64,000 bases of DNA from Pelomyxa schiedti (lineage: Eukaryota; Protista; Evosea). Positions 11,058 to 22,799 of the stretch are shown piece after piece (position 1 is the first letter of the stretch; every line of letters begins with the position of its first letter). The notes beneath the pieces were generated by a model. That model saw only the letters and a list, made by a program, of their open reading frames with translations, had not been told where the DNA came from and made no database searches. The stretch lies in contig JAHLWZ010000796.1 in assembly GCA_020536535.1 (NCBI GenBank), positions 1-64,000 of the forward strand, written 5' to 3'. The position numbers and the translations under genes were made by a program.

Positions 11058-13618
11058 ATGGCTGCTTCGGCGCCGGTTCCCACAAAAACTAGAAAGCGTT
11101 CTCGCTCCGACTCCAACAACCCCGCTCTTACTCCAGAAATTGTGTGCACTGTGTTTTTCTCCTCCTTTTTTTCTAATTGTGGAAGGCCCCGAAACCACCT
11201 GGGCAAGAGCTGGCCTTCATAACTTTGTCTGATGTCAAAATCTATAAATACGGCTCTTATACGGTGAGTGATGTTGGCCTGTTACTTGTCTTACTTTTCC
11301 ATGTGTTTCTATAGATGACTTTGAATATACGCAAAGAGTACAGACAGCAACTGGGCCTGGGAGAACAGGAAGTCGTGGCAGCGGGCTTATCAGGTCACTG
11401 CAAGCGTATGGGGAGATTGCAAGGTATCTATATGCATTTTGAGCAATCTTACGCTGGTTTAATTTCTTAATTTACCCTTTTGAACAGATCCAGAACTTGT
11501 TGTATGCACAATCTGCAATCCCTCAACGCAAGTAGTTTCAATTTCAGAAGCTGATCCATCATTCCGGATCGTCAACGGTCTGGAAAATTACAACTTCGCA
11601 CTGCGAAGTAATTGCACATCTTCTCGGTTTGCATTTTGTTCGTTAACGTGAAATCTCACCTTTTCCTCTTTTTTAGTGACCATCTGAAAGCCTTATTGGT
11701 AATAGAAATTAAAATGGGCTGCATTAGCTTATCGTCTCCGCTATTTGTTCTCAGGGCAAGGAAAAAACGTAGTCTTCCCATTCTCCCGTAATTGTCTAAA
11801 TGGCATGAAAGCCAGCAGACAGACTTCGAGAAGGACAAAAAAATCTGATACAGAAACAGGCATCTGCACAGCTCCTTCAACCCCAGTACTGCCAACGACT
11901 CCAGTACTCCCAACTACTCCGTTACTTGCATCACCCCACAGTTTTCACCATAGGCCACTAACATCTTTATCTGCACCTACCACTCCAACTTCAAATACGC
12001 TACTTCCTCCACCCCCTATACCACCGCTGATCCTTTACACTCCAAATTCGTACTCCACAGCAACTCCTCCCCTTCCAATTCCGCACGTATCACTATACGA
12101 ACTATCCCCGCGCTCTCCCAAGCGCTCCAAGTCACCCAACCATGCTCCGTCACCCCCACAAGGGCGGTCACCAACCATACGGCCAGTAACAACTGGTCTT
12201 TCTCCTTTTTCTCCAATTGGACTCGGCCCCACAAACTCGATTCCAGTAAGTATTCCACCGATACCTCCTCCCCCTGCGAATTCTCTCCCGCCCATGATCA
12301 CAATCACCACACCAACAACCCCAATACCCATCAAAGCAACAGCAAATGCAAATTCCACAGCAATAGCAAGCCCCACACTGTCTCCGATGGGCACAGGAAA
12401 CCAGTTGCTGCCTCTTCCGTCACTTTCGCGATCTCCAACCCCCCCATCAAGCCCCCCTTTTCCGAACTCCACTCACATTTCACCGACTCTTCCTCGCAAA
12501 TCAGGTTCACTAGCACCGCCAATCATGGCAAATCCTCCAATGACATGCAATAACTCCCGGCCGCAGTATCAATCCAGAGATAACCAATACATCAGCTCAC
12601 TCTCACCGAATTCAAACTCAGCCTTCTCAAAGCCCGTCGTCCTACAGCAACTCCTTAATCCGATCTCACAGACGCAACAACAAGCAATCCTCAACAGTCT
12701 TCTGCAGGCATCCGCAAATCCAGCAGAGGCCACAACGCAAGCATTATCAGTGGCCAAGTCGCTCTATTATTCACCGCAATCGCAATCTCAGTCGCAGTCA
12801 CAATCACAGTCGCAATCAACGCTTGAAGTACCGTCGGGCAGCTCACACACTTCCCCAAGTACATCACCACGTGGTCCTCTTCAACAACAAGCCACAAAAT
12901 ATGACGCCATGGTGCACCAACTTCCTCCTTACTTCCAAAAGCTCAATCTCGGCCCAGAGGCTCCTCCCATAACTCCGCCGAGTGCAAGCACCCACCCAAC
13001 ATCAAACGGCACAGAAGAACTACTCGAGAGTCCTTCTTCTCCCCCACTTCGCGGCCAGTCGCCTCCCAACTCAGGGCAGGATCCCATGGAGCGGACTCAC
13101 CCCGCATGTGAGCCCCATGTAGCCCAAGCGCGTGACAGCAATGAATCCACACCCATGGAAGGTAATCCCGATCGCGCATTCTTCGCGGAGAGAGGTGACC
13201 ACCTTGGGTGCGTCACTCGAGCATTGCGTGTGCACATGGCAGAGGAGAGGTGGAAGAGCATGTTCTCGCACTTCTCGGTTCTGGCAAAGAAACTGCCTGG
13301 CATTTCAGATGTTGGGACGGCTGTAATAAGCCCTCCTTCGCCAGGTACTATTTCCCACAGTCACGAGTTTTCCTAAAAACCAAATGTTAACTGGCATATT
13401 TTGCTTGTGCAGGCAACATCAACGCTGGATCTCTTGCAACAATCACGTTCACGGCCACTCCACCTGGAAAAGAACAGCCTCCCTATGTGTCACAAATTGC
13501 CATTGAGCAGTGCATTACGATGTTCTCACTCTACCTGGCCAACGAGATTCCCGCATACCCTAACCTCATGTACCGAGATCTACTTACAGGTCGAATAGTA
13601 GAGGTGTTTCACTTTTAA
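11058..13618 (+). CDS. Putative DNA-binding protein: N-terminal Cys/His beta domain, long Pro/Ser/Gln-rich region and small C-terminal globular domain; multi-exon
   Basis: The spliced N-terminus has an NLS-like KTRKRSR, then VVCTICNP...NYNFALRSNCTSSRDHLKALLVIEIKMG..SSPLFVLRARKKR. A disordered region of about 450 aa follows. The last exon ends ...GRIVEVFHF* (TAA 13616-13618). Confidence 0.65.
12775..12820 (+). repeat. Coding (Ser-Gln)n repeat
   Basis: PQSQSQSQSQSQSQS encoded by degenerate hexamers. Confidence 0.7.
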
Positions 13619-13783
13619 TCTTTTCTTTTTTTTTTTTCTGTTTGCGGTGCCTGCCTCTCCGTGTCCTCTTTCTGCTTTTGTTCTTTTTTTCTACGTGAGA
13701 TCGTGATTTCGCGTGCTTTGACACCTGCAAAAAAAAAAAGAAAACGGTTTATTCGCACATCTTGTTATTTATTTGTAGATCTT

Positions 13784-16561
13784 ATGTTGGGCTGGGTTCT
13801 GCTGGGCGTTGTGTTTGCTGCAGTGTCTGTGGAGACAAAGTCAGCCACTGTGGGGTATCAGCTGCATTCCTTCAACGATCTGCGACAGTGGCCACAATTG
13901 CTCCAGCGGGGTGGTCAGTACTTCAAAGTAGATCCCAATTGGGTTGCGGACAGCACTTGTGAGGAGTTGGGGTTGACGTACGGATCTGGAGGGACTGGGT
14001 GCAACCCTCTTGTACATGACACTCTTGGTAACACTACGCAAGCACATTACTTTGACACTCTGGACACTTTGTTGGATTTCATTGTGAACCCAGATTATAT
14101 TGGTTTCTTTAAAGAGGTTTCACTTCCTGTTGCAACCTGTGAATCTTATTGTGAACTAGGACCAGAGAAAGTACATCTCTTTGTGTCAGAGATACGCTTT
14201 GACCTGCAATGCTACGGATGAAACATCACAACTTGTGATTACTACGTTTAATGAGTTTTTCCAAAAAGCCCAAGAAATTGTTTCTACCAATAACCTTAAC
14301 TTGGAATTTGTGCTGGTATTCTGATACTGTTATATCAATACCAAACACTTTGAAGGATGGATCTCTTACGAACACAGGAAGGGACTGCTTGAAAGCACTA
14401 TGGAATGTAGTTGCACAACCAAAAAAAAAATTACGCTAACTTAACAAGCCATGGGTTGCTTCCTGGGTCCCAGGAAGGTATTATGTTTTGACTTCCACGA
14501 CAACAACTTATAAAATAGAGACCCTTGGGAAGCTGCATTTACAGATAGTATCGAGCGTGGCTATGACTCATTCCAGGTATGCATCTGAAAAGAAATATTG
14601 TACTTTCCACTTGACCATTTATCAGATATTAAATATGGAAGCAGATAAAATGCCTTTAAGATGGCTGAAAGAAATGCAAGATGTCAACTATGGGAAGGTT
14701 GCCTGTATTTGCATAACCAAATAGTCTGATGTTGTTCAGTTTTTAAATGTAAATTACTCTTACCTCATCTGGGAACCTTCCGCCCAAAGAACTATTTTGG
14801 AAATATCTTCCCTGTATCTTGAGGACACCTTACATGATCCTGGGTTCAAGTACTTTACTCCCTTCTCAAACGTAAAAATAACCTACTCAGATTTGCCATA
14901 AATATTGATCCTTCTCGCTTTGAGGTGTACTCATCTCCCAAGTAAGGGAATGTTATTGGCCCATTATTTGCCACTGAGATCTTCATTGAAGTAGTGGTAT
15001 TGGTTGGAATTACGAAGTGACTTCTTTCCCTGCTGAGAGCCCCCGAATTGCTTTAGTACCATCCAACAGTCACCCAGGAAAATATTCCCAATAGCACTAT
15101 AAATATCCAACCCTCTAATGGTGTTTTAGGTACAACTTGGATTTTGTCTGTCTTCTTTGTAGATGGTTCTGCCTTTTACGTTTTCAACTCGACAGATGGA
15201 GTAAGGTTTTTGATCTTATCGAACGAAACTCACTTTATATGGAGATTCTGAAGGATGTCAGCACACCAAAGATTCAATACTCTGGCACTCTACTTCCTGT
15301 TCAACTACCCTCAGACAAGCTTTCACTCTCGATCGTGACTGCTGATGTTATTGATTCAATGCCATCTCTTCTCCTTGTGGACTCCGTTGGCAATTTTTTC
15401 ATTTTCGAAGTTGATGACTCACTTGGCTCACCTGAACTTGTCGAGGTTAGCCTCACTTTTCTGAAGTTTCTCACTTGATGACTTTGCCACAACCAGGTGA
15501 GTTATGGAAATCTCACAACACCAAGAGGGCTTGATGTTTCGGAGTTTACAACTTGCACAATTGTTACTAATCAGGTACATCATATTCCTGCACGCATTTG
15601 TTCATCGGGGGTTGTAGGAAACCTATATTGCAGGACTATTTTCTCATATTAGCTGCCGCCTTGCATTTCAACTGTGGGTACTTGATGAATCCTCAACTCC
15701 AAATACATTGGGATCTGATTCATGCATTTCCGATTCACCTGCTATTAGTTCTTCATTATATGGAATCTATGTAGAGGTACTTTTACATAACCGTCATAAA
15801 AGGAAAAAAAATAATTACACCTTTTTTTTTTTACGGCAGGATGACTTGGAAGGAAGCCAATGTAACCCTGGAACATTATCCATCACTCTTTCTACTTCCT
15901 CTGCAATAGGAGATATCTTATTCGGTTACCTGTGTGTCGATCCCCTTACAGGCAATGTTGTTGACTCCCTTGCTCCAACACCTGTTACAGTGGGACACAA
16001 CCCACAAATTTTACAGTCATCACTTAACAGCAGGCCATTTGTGTATTCTCCTAAAAATTTGGCGAGTCAGCTAACAGAGGGAAAACAGGTTTATGGCCTA
16101 TGATCAAGCGTTCTGCTGGAACACTGAGAGGAGAAATAAAGACGCTGATGGTAATAACGGGCTAATAACCTGCCTTACCTTCTTATAGTTTCTCTGTGTG
16201 ATCTGGAACCCTCGTCCTCAATAGACGGACCTCTGGGATACTCCTATGGATACTTATCTGATTGGATTTATCACGCCAAGGAAAATATAGCTTTCAGTGT
16301 CTGCTCTGAGTCAATATTCCATGGAACATATGATGTTGGGCAAAAACCTTCACTAGCTCTGTTTCAGGATACAGAAGTAACTCCTCCCAGTTCCACATTG
16401 CACCTTCATAATCTCTCACGCAGGAATTTGGCTTTGCTGAGCTACACCAAGGAACGGGTCCTGTTGAAAATGAGCAATGTGGTGCCGCACTTTTCCGCAA
16501 AGACCAAATTATATTGGACAGTTTCACAGTCTATGGTCCAACAATCCAAGGAAAACCGTAA
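13784..16561 (+). CDS. Secreted protein with N-terminal PLC-like/GDPD-like phosphodiesterase-type domain; about 17 small exons
   Basis: Signal peptide MLGWVLLGVVFAAVS, then YQLHSFNDL..QLLQRGGQYFKVD..PLVHD, which parallels the HSxND..G..xExD..VxHD pattern of PLC-like TIM barrels. The last exon ends GPTIQGKP*. Confidence 0.55.
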
Positions 16562-16984
16562 TTTATTTAACACCTTAAGTTAAGAAAACACGTAATTTAT
16601 AGAGTGATTCGTTCCTCCCTCGTAGGACTAGAAATTTAAAAAAAAAAAATGATAGGTCAGACCTCCACACAAGCCATCCCCATTGATAGACCATTTGGTT
16701 GGCATCCAATTGGCCCTGGGGAACGATCTTCACAAGTTCACGCTCTGACTTGTGGGAATCAATGGCGGTCATCATCCCTATTTCACTTATGGACTTATGA
16801 CTTGGATTCGGCACAATACTCCAGAAATGATCTTGAGAGTATGTCCAGAGCTAACAACGAAATGTTTTATTCTTACGTTCTCCAATTATTGGCACTCCGA
16901 ACTTATGGGTGTTTTGTTTCCTTTTTCGGAAAGTGGGTAGTGATACTTTTGGAGTTTTTTTGGCGTCGTGTAGTGCGTATCCCT

Positions 16985-18305
16985 TCACCATCTGCTTTGT
17001 ATGGCGGCTATGAAGAAGTTCGGTTCCACTGTTTCTAGTAAGTGTGCCTTGACTTGGAATCTGCCGGTGCCAACTCTGGTCACAAGGTCATTCTGGGAGG
17101 CCGGGGCGCATGAACGGAACTGCAACAATGTGGGATCCCAGGACCGCACATCAACTATGCTTGGCAACCCAGGCCGTATGTTGTCATCGAAGAAGATGTG
17201 AGTAGTGTCGGGCGCTGCTCGTAGCCACATGGGCTTTGCTCCATAAACCTCAAAATTAGTATCACGCCAGTAGTAGTAGTCGTCTGAAACCACATGCATC
17301 CCAGATAGTCCTTCCACATAGTCCGCTATAGCGACTTCTCCAGACAAGGGAGCTGCCTCCGCAGAAAGAGAAAGCGTGAAGAAAGGCGGAGTATTCGTTC
17401 TGGTGAGTCTCATCACAGTCTTGTCCAACGGGAAACTTCTGGCTGAGTTTTTTTTTTCCACAAAGAAAAGAAAATGTTGGATCGGATGACTGGAAATAAG
17501 GTGGGCAACCTGGAAACGGTGGAATTTTTCCTTCTCCAAATAGTTGTATGCATTCCAGCAGGTGAACTTCATCAGTTCCATACGTTCGAAATAAAATACA
17601 CCAATCGATTTGGGCTTCTGAATTTTGTTATAAGTTGACAATTCAAAGTTGTCGTTACCAGATTTTATTAGCCAATCAAGAAGATACCAGAAAGAAGGTA
17701 CTACAAAGAAGTAAGGTAATCCATCATCTCCAGGAACAGATAGTACTTCTCTCTCCTGATGCGTTAGAGTTAACAGGGATGGCACCCTATATCTTTAATT
17801 AATTAGTAACATAACCCTCATTAAACACAACAAAAGCGTAGAATGAGCGATTAATTTCTTGTGTTTCGAAAAAAAATTTTTCAACCTTTGGAGACCACAT
17901 TGCCAAAGTGCTATCCGGAACCCGCCACGAACTGAGAATTCTATCATACTGTGGCCTGAGACATGCCCCCACTCCCCTAGCCGTAAAATTCCCCACCATC
18001 TTTTTAAACGCCGCTCTGTTTTCCCGGTACTCAGGCGCCGCTTCAGCAATCTTGTAAAGGCACTCACACGAATCGACGTCAGGGTTCCACAACGAAAACT
18101 TCCAATCGGCATCGCCTTGCCCCACGGGTGGGTCACCACCGCTTCGCTCTCCATCAACAGGCATCGCAGTGCTCGACTTTGATGTCCACAAAAGGCCACT
18201 CAGGTAGGTGTTGATTACATTGGACAGAGAGTCATGATTCGCCGTGTCACAAGTAACACATGTGCCGTTTAGGTCCATGTGCACAACAACCTTCTTTCTC
18301 TTCAT
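16985..18305 (-). CDS. Uncharacterised HAD-superfamily-like hydrolase; multi-exon
   Basis: VVVHMDLNGT (motif I-like), spliced ILFRTYGTD, DDYYYW, AKP and HIFFDDNI (motif IV-like). Confidence 0.7.
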
Positions 18306-18396
18306 CTCAGGATTTTCGTGGTGCTTTAGGTCTGCAGAAAAGAACGAAGAAATTTTTCTGTGCAGCGAACTGGGCGTTTTTCAGGATTATTGGGCT

Positions 18397-19757
18397 TTAG
18401 GGAATCACTTCGATGGAATTGTTGTAGCGGGGGTAGTGGAATTGCTCTAGGGTTACTCTTCCTGAGGCTATGGCTCGTTGGACGTGTGGTAGGAGGTCCT
18501 CCATGAGCTTGATGATGTGCCTTACGGTTTGGCATACCTCCTGGAACCCTTCTTCACCCCACCAATCAGTTTTGTTGGCGTACAGGCATCTTCCACCACA
18601 CATGTTGAGAATGTCACAAGACAGGCACTTTGGATCAAGTGAAACAGACCGATGAACACTGGATGGCTCAAAGTCTGGGGTTACTTCAGCAAGTGATTTG
18701 AATTCCGGTGCAATGGGGCAGGCTGTGACTTGCCCACCAGTTGTAATGTTGAATGCCTAGCAACATATTATTCACAGGACAACGGTGAAGAACTGAAACC
18801 TTAAAGCCGGCAGAACAACGAATATGGTCCACTCGTCCCCTTGTCAGTAACGACCACAACAGTCCTAAAAACGGGGCGATGCCAAGAACAACACCTGTTG
18901 AAAAGTTCAGTGTTAAAAAACCAACGAGATCTATCACCTCTGTCTAATGCTTCTCGGAATTTTTGGGCCAGAGCGGTGATACCCGGATTGTACGAAGTGT
19001 TTCTCCAACCAAGGAAATCTTCCCATCTTGCGAACATTGGAGAATCCCACAGCACATCCAACTGCCAGTGCACGTGGTCAAATAAACCCAAGCCCAGCAG
19101 ATGGGATACTGCCGGCTCAATTTGATGGCCGTCACTGACTGTCATACGTGCAATAAGGTCTCCCCGGAACCTATGTAGCAGGTGGAGTGGTAAGCCTTAG
19201 GCGGAAAACATCTTGTCACACACCCCCGTTGCCTCAAAAGTGTGATTTCTCGTATAACCTTGGCATAGGTCCCATCGCCACGGTTCCTATCAGTCTCGTG
19301 CTCATCACCATCAATCGACACCAAGACAGCATCCAGAGTCGTGACCATATCGTCGTCCATTGTGTGCAGCAACAGGCCGTTCGTTTGCAGAACGAAAGTA
19401 ACCCCGGAGCCTCTCAGCGCGTCCATTGCCCTCCGCATCAAGGGCAGTCTGATAAGCGGTTCGCCGCCGTAAAAGCAAACAACTGGAGGAGGTGTCTCGC
19501 GTCGCAGTCGTTCAAGTCGCTCGATGTCGTATGCTGCACCAGAGGTAAGAGAAAAAAAATGAGGAGCGATGGCCGGCACGAACACAAAATTTATAACAAG
19601 GACAACAACATCGCGTACTGAGTTCGCGAGGGTGGGGGCTCAGATCTTCCACATCGAACGTATCGTCACTTCCGCAATAGATGCACTTCAAATTACACGT
19701 CTGCGTTAGTGTGACGAACCACAGAGCCCTCTCCTCCTCGTACGTCCCGCTAGCCAT
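18397..19757 (-). CDS. Radical SAM/SPASM protein, AF0577 (TIGR04084)-like; 4 introns
   Basis: CNLKCIYC (CxxxCxxC), FYGGEPL, LQTNGLLL, VSIDG, RGDGTY, LIARMTV and HVHWQLD. SPASM cysteines RCSAG..TACP..KCLSCDILNMCGGRCLYAN..EVC. C-terminus YNNSIEVIP*. Confidence 0.9.
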
Positions 19758-19823
19758 TCGCCTCCCTTGACCAGATCGCGAAGATTTATGACTTTCCGAT
19801 ACCAGAAGCAGATTCGATTCGAA

Positions 19824-19840
19824 TTTGCCGGCCCGGCAAA
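19824..19840. promoter_or_regulatory. Perfect dyad TTTGCCGG-C-CCGGCAAA upstream of the radical SAM gene
   Basis: An 8-bp inverted repeat with a 1-nt spacer, 67 bp upstream of ATG 19757. Function inferred only. Confidence 0.3.
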
Positions 19841-19939
19841 ATTGATTGATTGCGCTCTACAACAATGCAGAGACAGGCGCCGGGTCGCCGTTTGTTTTAC
19901 GAAGACAGTTGCAAGGAACAGGAAAAACTGAAAGCAGAG

Positions 19940-21373
19940 CTAATCGCTTCCTTCTGATGTCGGTGTGCTGCCACTTTCAGACCTCAACAGGTTCCCACAG
20001 CCGGCCCACTTTGTAATGGGATTCAGCATGCGTTCTGCCCGTTTGACAGAGTAAACCGGGGATCCCACCAGTTTACAGAATCTATGGGCCCCTACTTCCC
20101 TTTCCTCATCCTCATCCTCATCCTCATCCTCATCGTCTTCCTCGTCGTCATACCAGGCCACCCATCCTCCATTCTCCCCGTCCCACTGTGCTAGTTTCTT
20201 CCATGGCTTTGGAAGCCTCACTTCGGGTCTCTTGTCTGGCTGTCTTGTTGGAGGAGGCGGATTGATTGGGGCCAATGGCAATGCCGAAGGGGATGACGAT
20301 TTGGTCGTGCAGAATCCAACGTCCATGTTGGAGATAGTGGAGTTGCGGCTGGAGTCCTCCTTGAGAGTCCCAGAGAAATACAGGAACACATTGGTGTAGC
20401 CGGTAGCAATGGAACCGGGGAGTGCAGAGGGGAACCAGATGGAACTGTGGTAAAACCACGTAGTTACGCAGTCATCGGGACCGGTCCGCTTGTACTTGCT
20501 CGACGTGCGGTACCTTATCATCCTGATTGTGCTCCGGAATGACGGACTCAGCTTCGCCTCCTTGAGTCTCAAGTCATCTTCGTTCTCCGCCATGGGCAGC
20601 AGCGACGAGTGAGCCAAATCGTACTCCCAGCTGATCTTGTCTCTTGTAGCTTGTATGAACGCAGCGAGGGCGTCAAGCTCGGATAGCATCGGGTGTGGTA
20701 TCTCCCGCGCCTGTCCCCTTCCCGCCCCAGCCTTGACTCTGTAGGTGAGGGAGCATGGAGGTGCGTAGGTGTTAAGCAGAGCCCTGCCTGCGAACACAAT
20801 ACTGGCGCGCTGGCAGGCGGCCAGGCAAGTGCGTGAGCACAGCGCGAATGACATGAGTGAGGCGCAGGGGGTCGCCGGCTGCCGCTTCCATGGTGGTTTG
20901 ACAGCCGGTTCTGTGTGTGGGTGAGCCTGAGGTTTGGGTTGGGGTTTGCTGAGTTGAATGGGTTGGAGGTTCCCAGCAACCATGAGGTTACGTTGCAGGA
21001 TAGCAATTTGAAGGTTAAAATCAGAAGCACAACCAGGGATCAAAGGAGCAGGAGGAAGCCAAGCAAGGCTAGCTGGCTCGTAACCAAGAACACAAGCGGG
21101 AGCATCACCAGGGGCGAGAGAAGCAGAAACAGAACCAGACGCAGAGGTAGAAGTGGAACTAGAACTAGAAGCAGAGCCGAAAGGGGGCAAAACCAGCAAT
21201 TTTGCAATGATGGCGAGAACGTCAAGGGGCAGGACCACGTCCATCGAAGGAGGTGGTCGGGGCTGTGCCTCGTACGTTTTGGCGTCATTTGTTGCGCTTG
21301 GCAGTTGCGACACTCTTCGTCGCTTTGTTTCGATCGGAACCTGTGGCTCTTGCGTCTGATTTCGGCTTCGCAT
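19940..21373 (-). CDS. Intronless hypothetical protein with an F-box-like N-terminal motif and acidic tail
   Basis: Long ORF with VVLPLDVLAIIAKLL and, after a low-complexity insert, LMSFALCSRTC. An (ED)n run lies near the C-terminus. Confidence 0.6.
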   Translation of the reverse strand: MRSRNQTQEPQVPIETKRRRVSQLPSATNDAKTYEAQPRPPPSMDVVLPLDVLAIIAKLLVLPPFGSASSSSSTSTSASGSVSASLAPGDAPACVLGYEPASLAWLPPAPLIPGCASDFNLQIAILQRNLMVAGNLQPIQLSKPQPKPQAHPHTEPAVKPPWKRQPATPCASLMSFALCSRTCLAACQRASIVFAGRALLNTYAPPCSLTYRVKAGAGRGQAREIPHPMLSELDALAAFIQATRDKISWEYDLAHSSLLPMAENEDDLRLKEAKLSPSFRSTIRMIRYRTSSKYKRTGPDDCVTTWFYHSSIWFPSALPGSIATGYTNVFLYFSGTLKEDSSRNSTISNMDVGFCTTKSSSPSALPLAPINPPPPTRQPDKRPEVRLPKPWKKLAQWDGENGGWVAWYDDEEDDEDEDEDEDEEREVGAHRFCKLVGSPVYSVKRAERMLNPITKWAGCGNLLRSESGSTPTSEGSD

Positions 21374-21518
21374 TTCTTTTGAAAAAGACAAAGGAAAAAA
21401 AATTATTGTCGCTCTAGCCTTTGTATAGTGTTTAATTTCTTTTGAAAAAGAGAACCTTTACCTGCCCTACTACAGGGTATTTCTCGAGCTAATTCAAGTC
21501 ATAACAAGCAAATCTACA

Positions 21519-22754
21519 TCACAACAAAGAGGCACTTGCGTTGATACAGTCAAGGTTGCACGTTACATCGAACGTGAGCACAGTGATTCCAGACAATGCC
21601 TCCAACACAGTGACCTTGTTCCCATATCTGAGCACAAACAGGAAACCACTTCCACCAACAACTTGTTTGATACTACTGAAATCACCATCACCGGTGATGC
21701 ACAATGTCCTCAGTGGGTGTGCTGTGTCATTGCAGTCCCACAGTTGGTATGTGAAGCCGCTGCACACGCAGAACAGTGATGCACTCACTTGCGACAGAGC
21801 CAATGCCTCTGGAATCTTGGTAGTTGTTCCAGTCGCGGACTCAACGAGGAAGAGAAGGCCACCATAACCGCCAAATTGGCTCACCTGCACGACGTACAAA
21901 ACCTCGCCACTCGACCTCCTCATGATAATAGCCTCCCCGTCACACACTCTCCGCGGAGGAAAAGCGCACTGTGTTGAGCTCAAGACAACCAGCGTTTTGG
22001 TGCTGTGTGTCTGAGAAACGTCAAGCAGCGCGAAATGTGTCACATCCCCCAAGACACCCCACAGCAATGCCTCGTCCACGTTCGCGGGGTTCATCACCAC
22101 TTGGTATGCACCCTGGCAGCCTCCCGCTCTTAAGAGAGCCACCACAGGGGCGGCCCATTGCTCCTGATTGCGAACCTGCACCCGTTGCTGGATGTCAGTT
22201 ACGGTCACCCTCTGTTCCACAGCACTGAAAAGCTCACATACAACAAGCCATTTGCCATTGGCGCCATGATGGGAAAACGTCAAATTTGACGCCACGCGCA
22301 CGATCTCCTCGTGGTCATTCATCGAAGTTGTAAGATACAGTGACGTGGAAAAGAGCTCCTTGTCGGCCTTGTGCAAAAGGCAAACACCGGGCCTAAGCCA
22401 CTGGAAGTCATAATCCTCAGGTCCGCGAATCACAGCGGGTGCGTGCGTTACACCCACCATTATGGGTGACACGCCAAACGAGACTGTGAACCACTCGCCG
22501 TAGTGGTCCTGTTGCTCCATGAGCACAAGGATGAAGCAGTTGGTGGGTCCCATAATGAAATCACGCCACATGGCGTGCATGAGTGGGGGGAACGACGCAA
22601 CTACGCGCGCAGGGCTTCTGGCCCCACAACGCGGAACCGAAGACGCCAAAAGGGCTTCGAATTGGTATCGGCACAAGCTTTGGTATGTTGTAACGGATTG
22701 TCTCGATGGCTCCTGTTCGTAATTTTCTCCATCGTCATTTTCTGATCCAGACAT
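21519..22754 (-). CDS. Intronless hypothetical protein (411 aa), helical N-terminal motif plus beta-propeller-like region; probably a lineage-expanded family
   Basis: Long ORF with QFEALLASSVPRCGARSPAR at the N-terminus, ANGKWLVV, and repeated beta-strand motifs (QVSASLFCV..YQLWDCND). Confidence 0.7.
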   Translation of the reverse strand: MSGSENDDGENYEQEPSRQSVTTYQSLCRYQFEALLASSVPRCGARSPARVVASFPPLMHAMWRDFIMGPTNCFILVLMEQQDHYGEWFTVSFGVSPIMVGVTHAPAVIRGPEDYDFQWLRPGVCLLHKADKELFSTSLYLTTSMNDHEEIVRVASNLTFSHHGANGKWLVVCELFSAVEQRVTVTDIQQRVQVRNQEQWAAPVVALLRAGGCQGAYQVVMNPANVDEALLWGVLGDVTHFALLDVSQTHSTKTLVVLSSTQCAFPPRRVCDGEAIIMRRSSGEVLYVVQVSQFGGYGGLLFLVESATGTTTKIPEALALSQVSASLFCVCSGFTYQLWDCNDTAHPLRTLCITGDGDFSSIKQVVGGSGFLFVLRYGNKVTVLEALSGITVLTFDVTCNLDCINASASLL

Positions 22755-22799
22755 GAACTTGGTTTTTTCGAGAAAAAAAGGAAGCTTGTTTCCTGCGAT

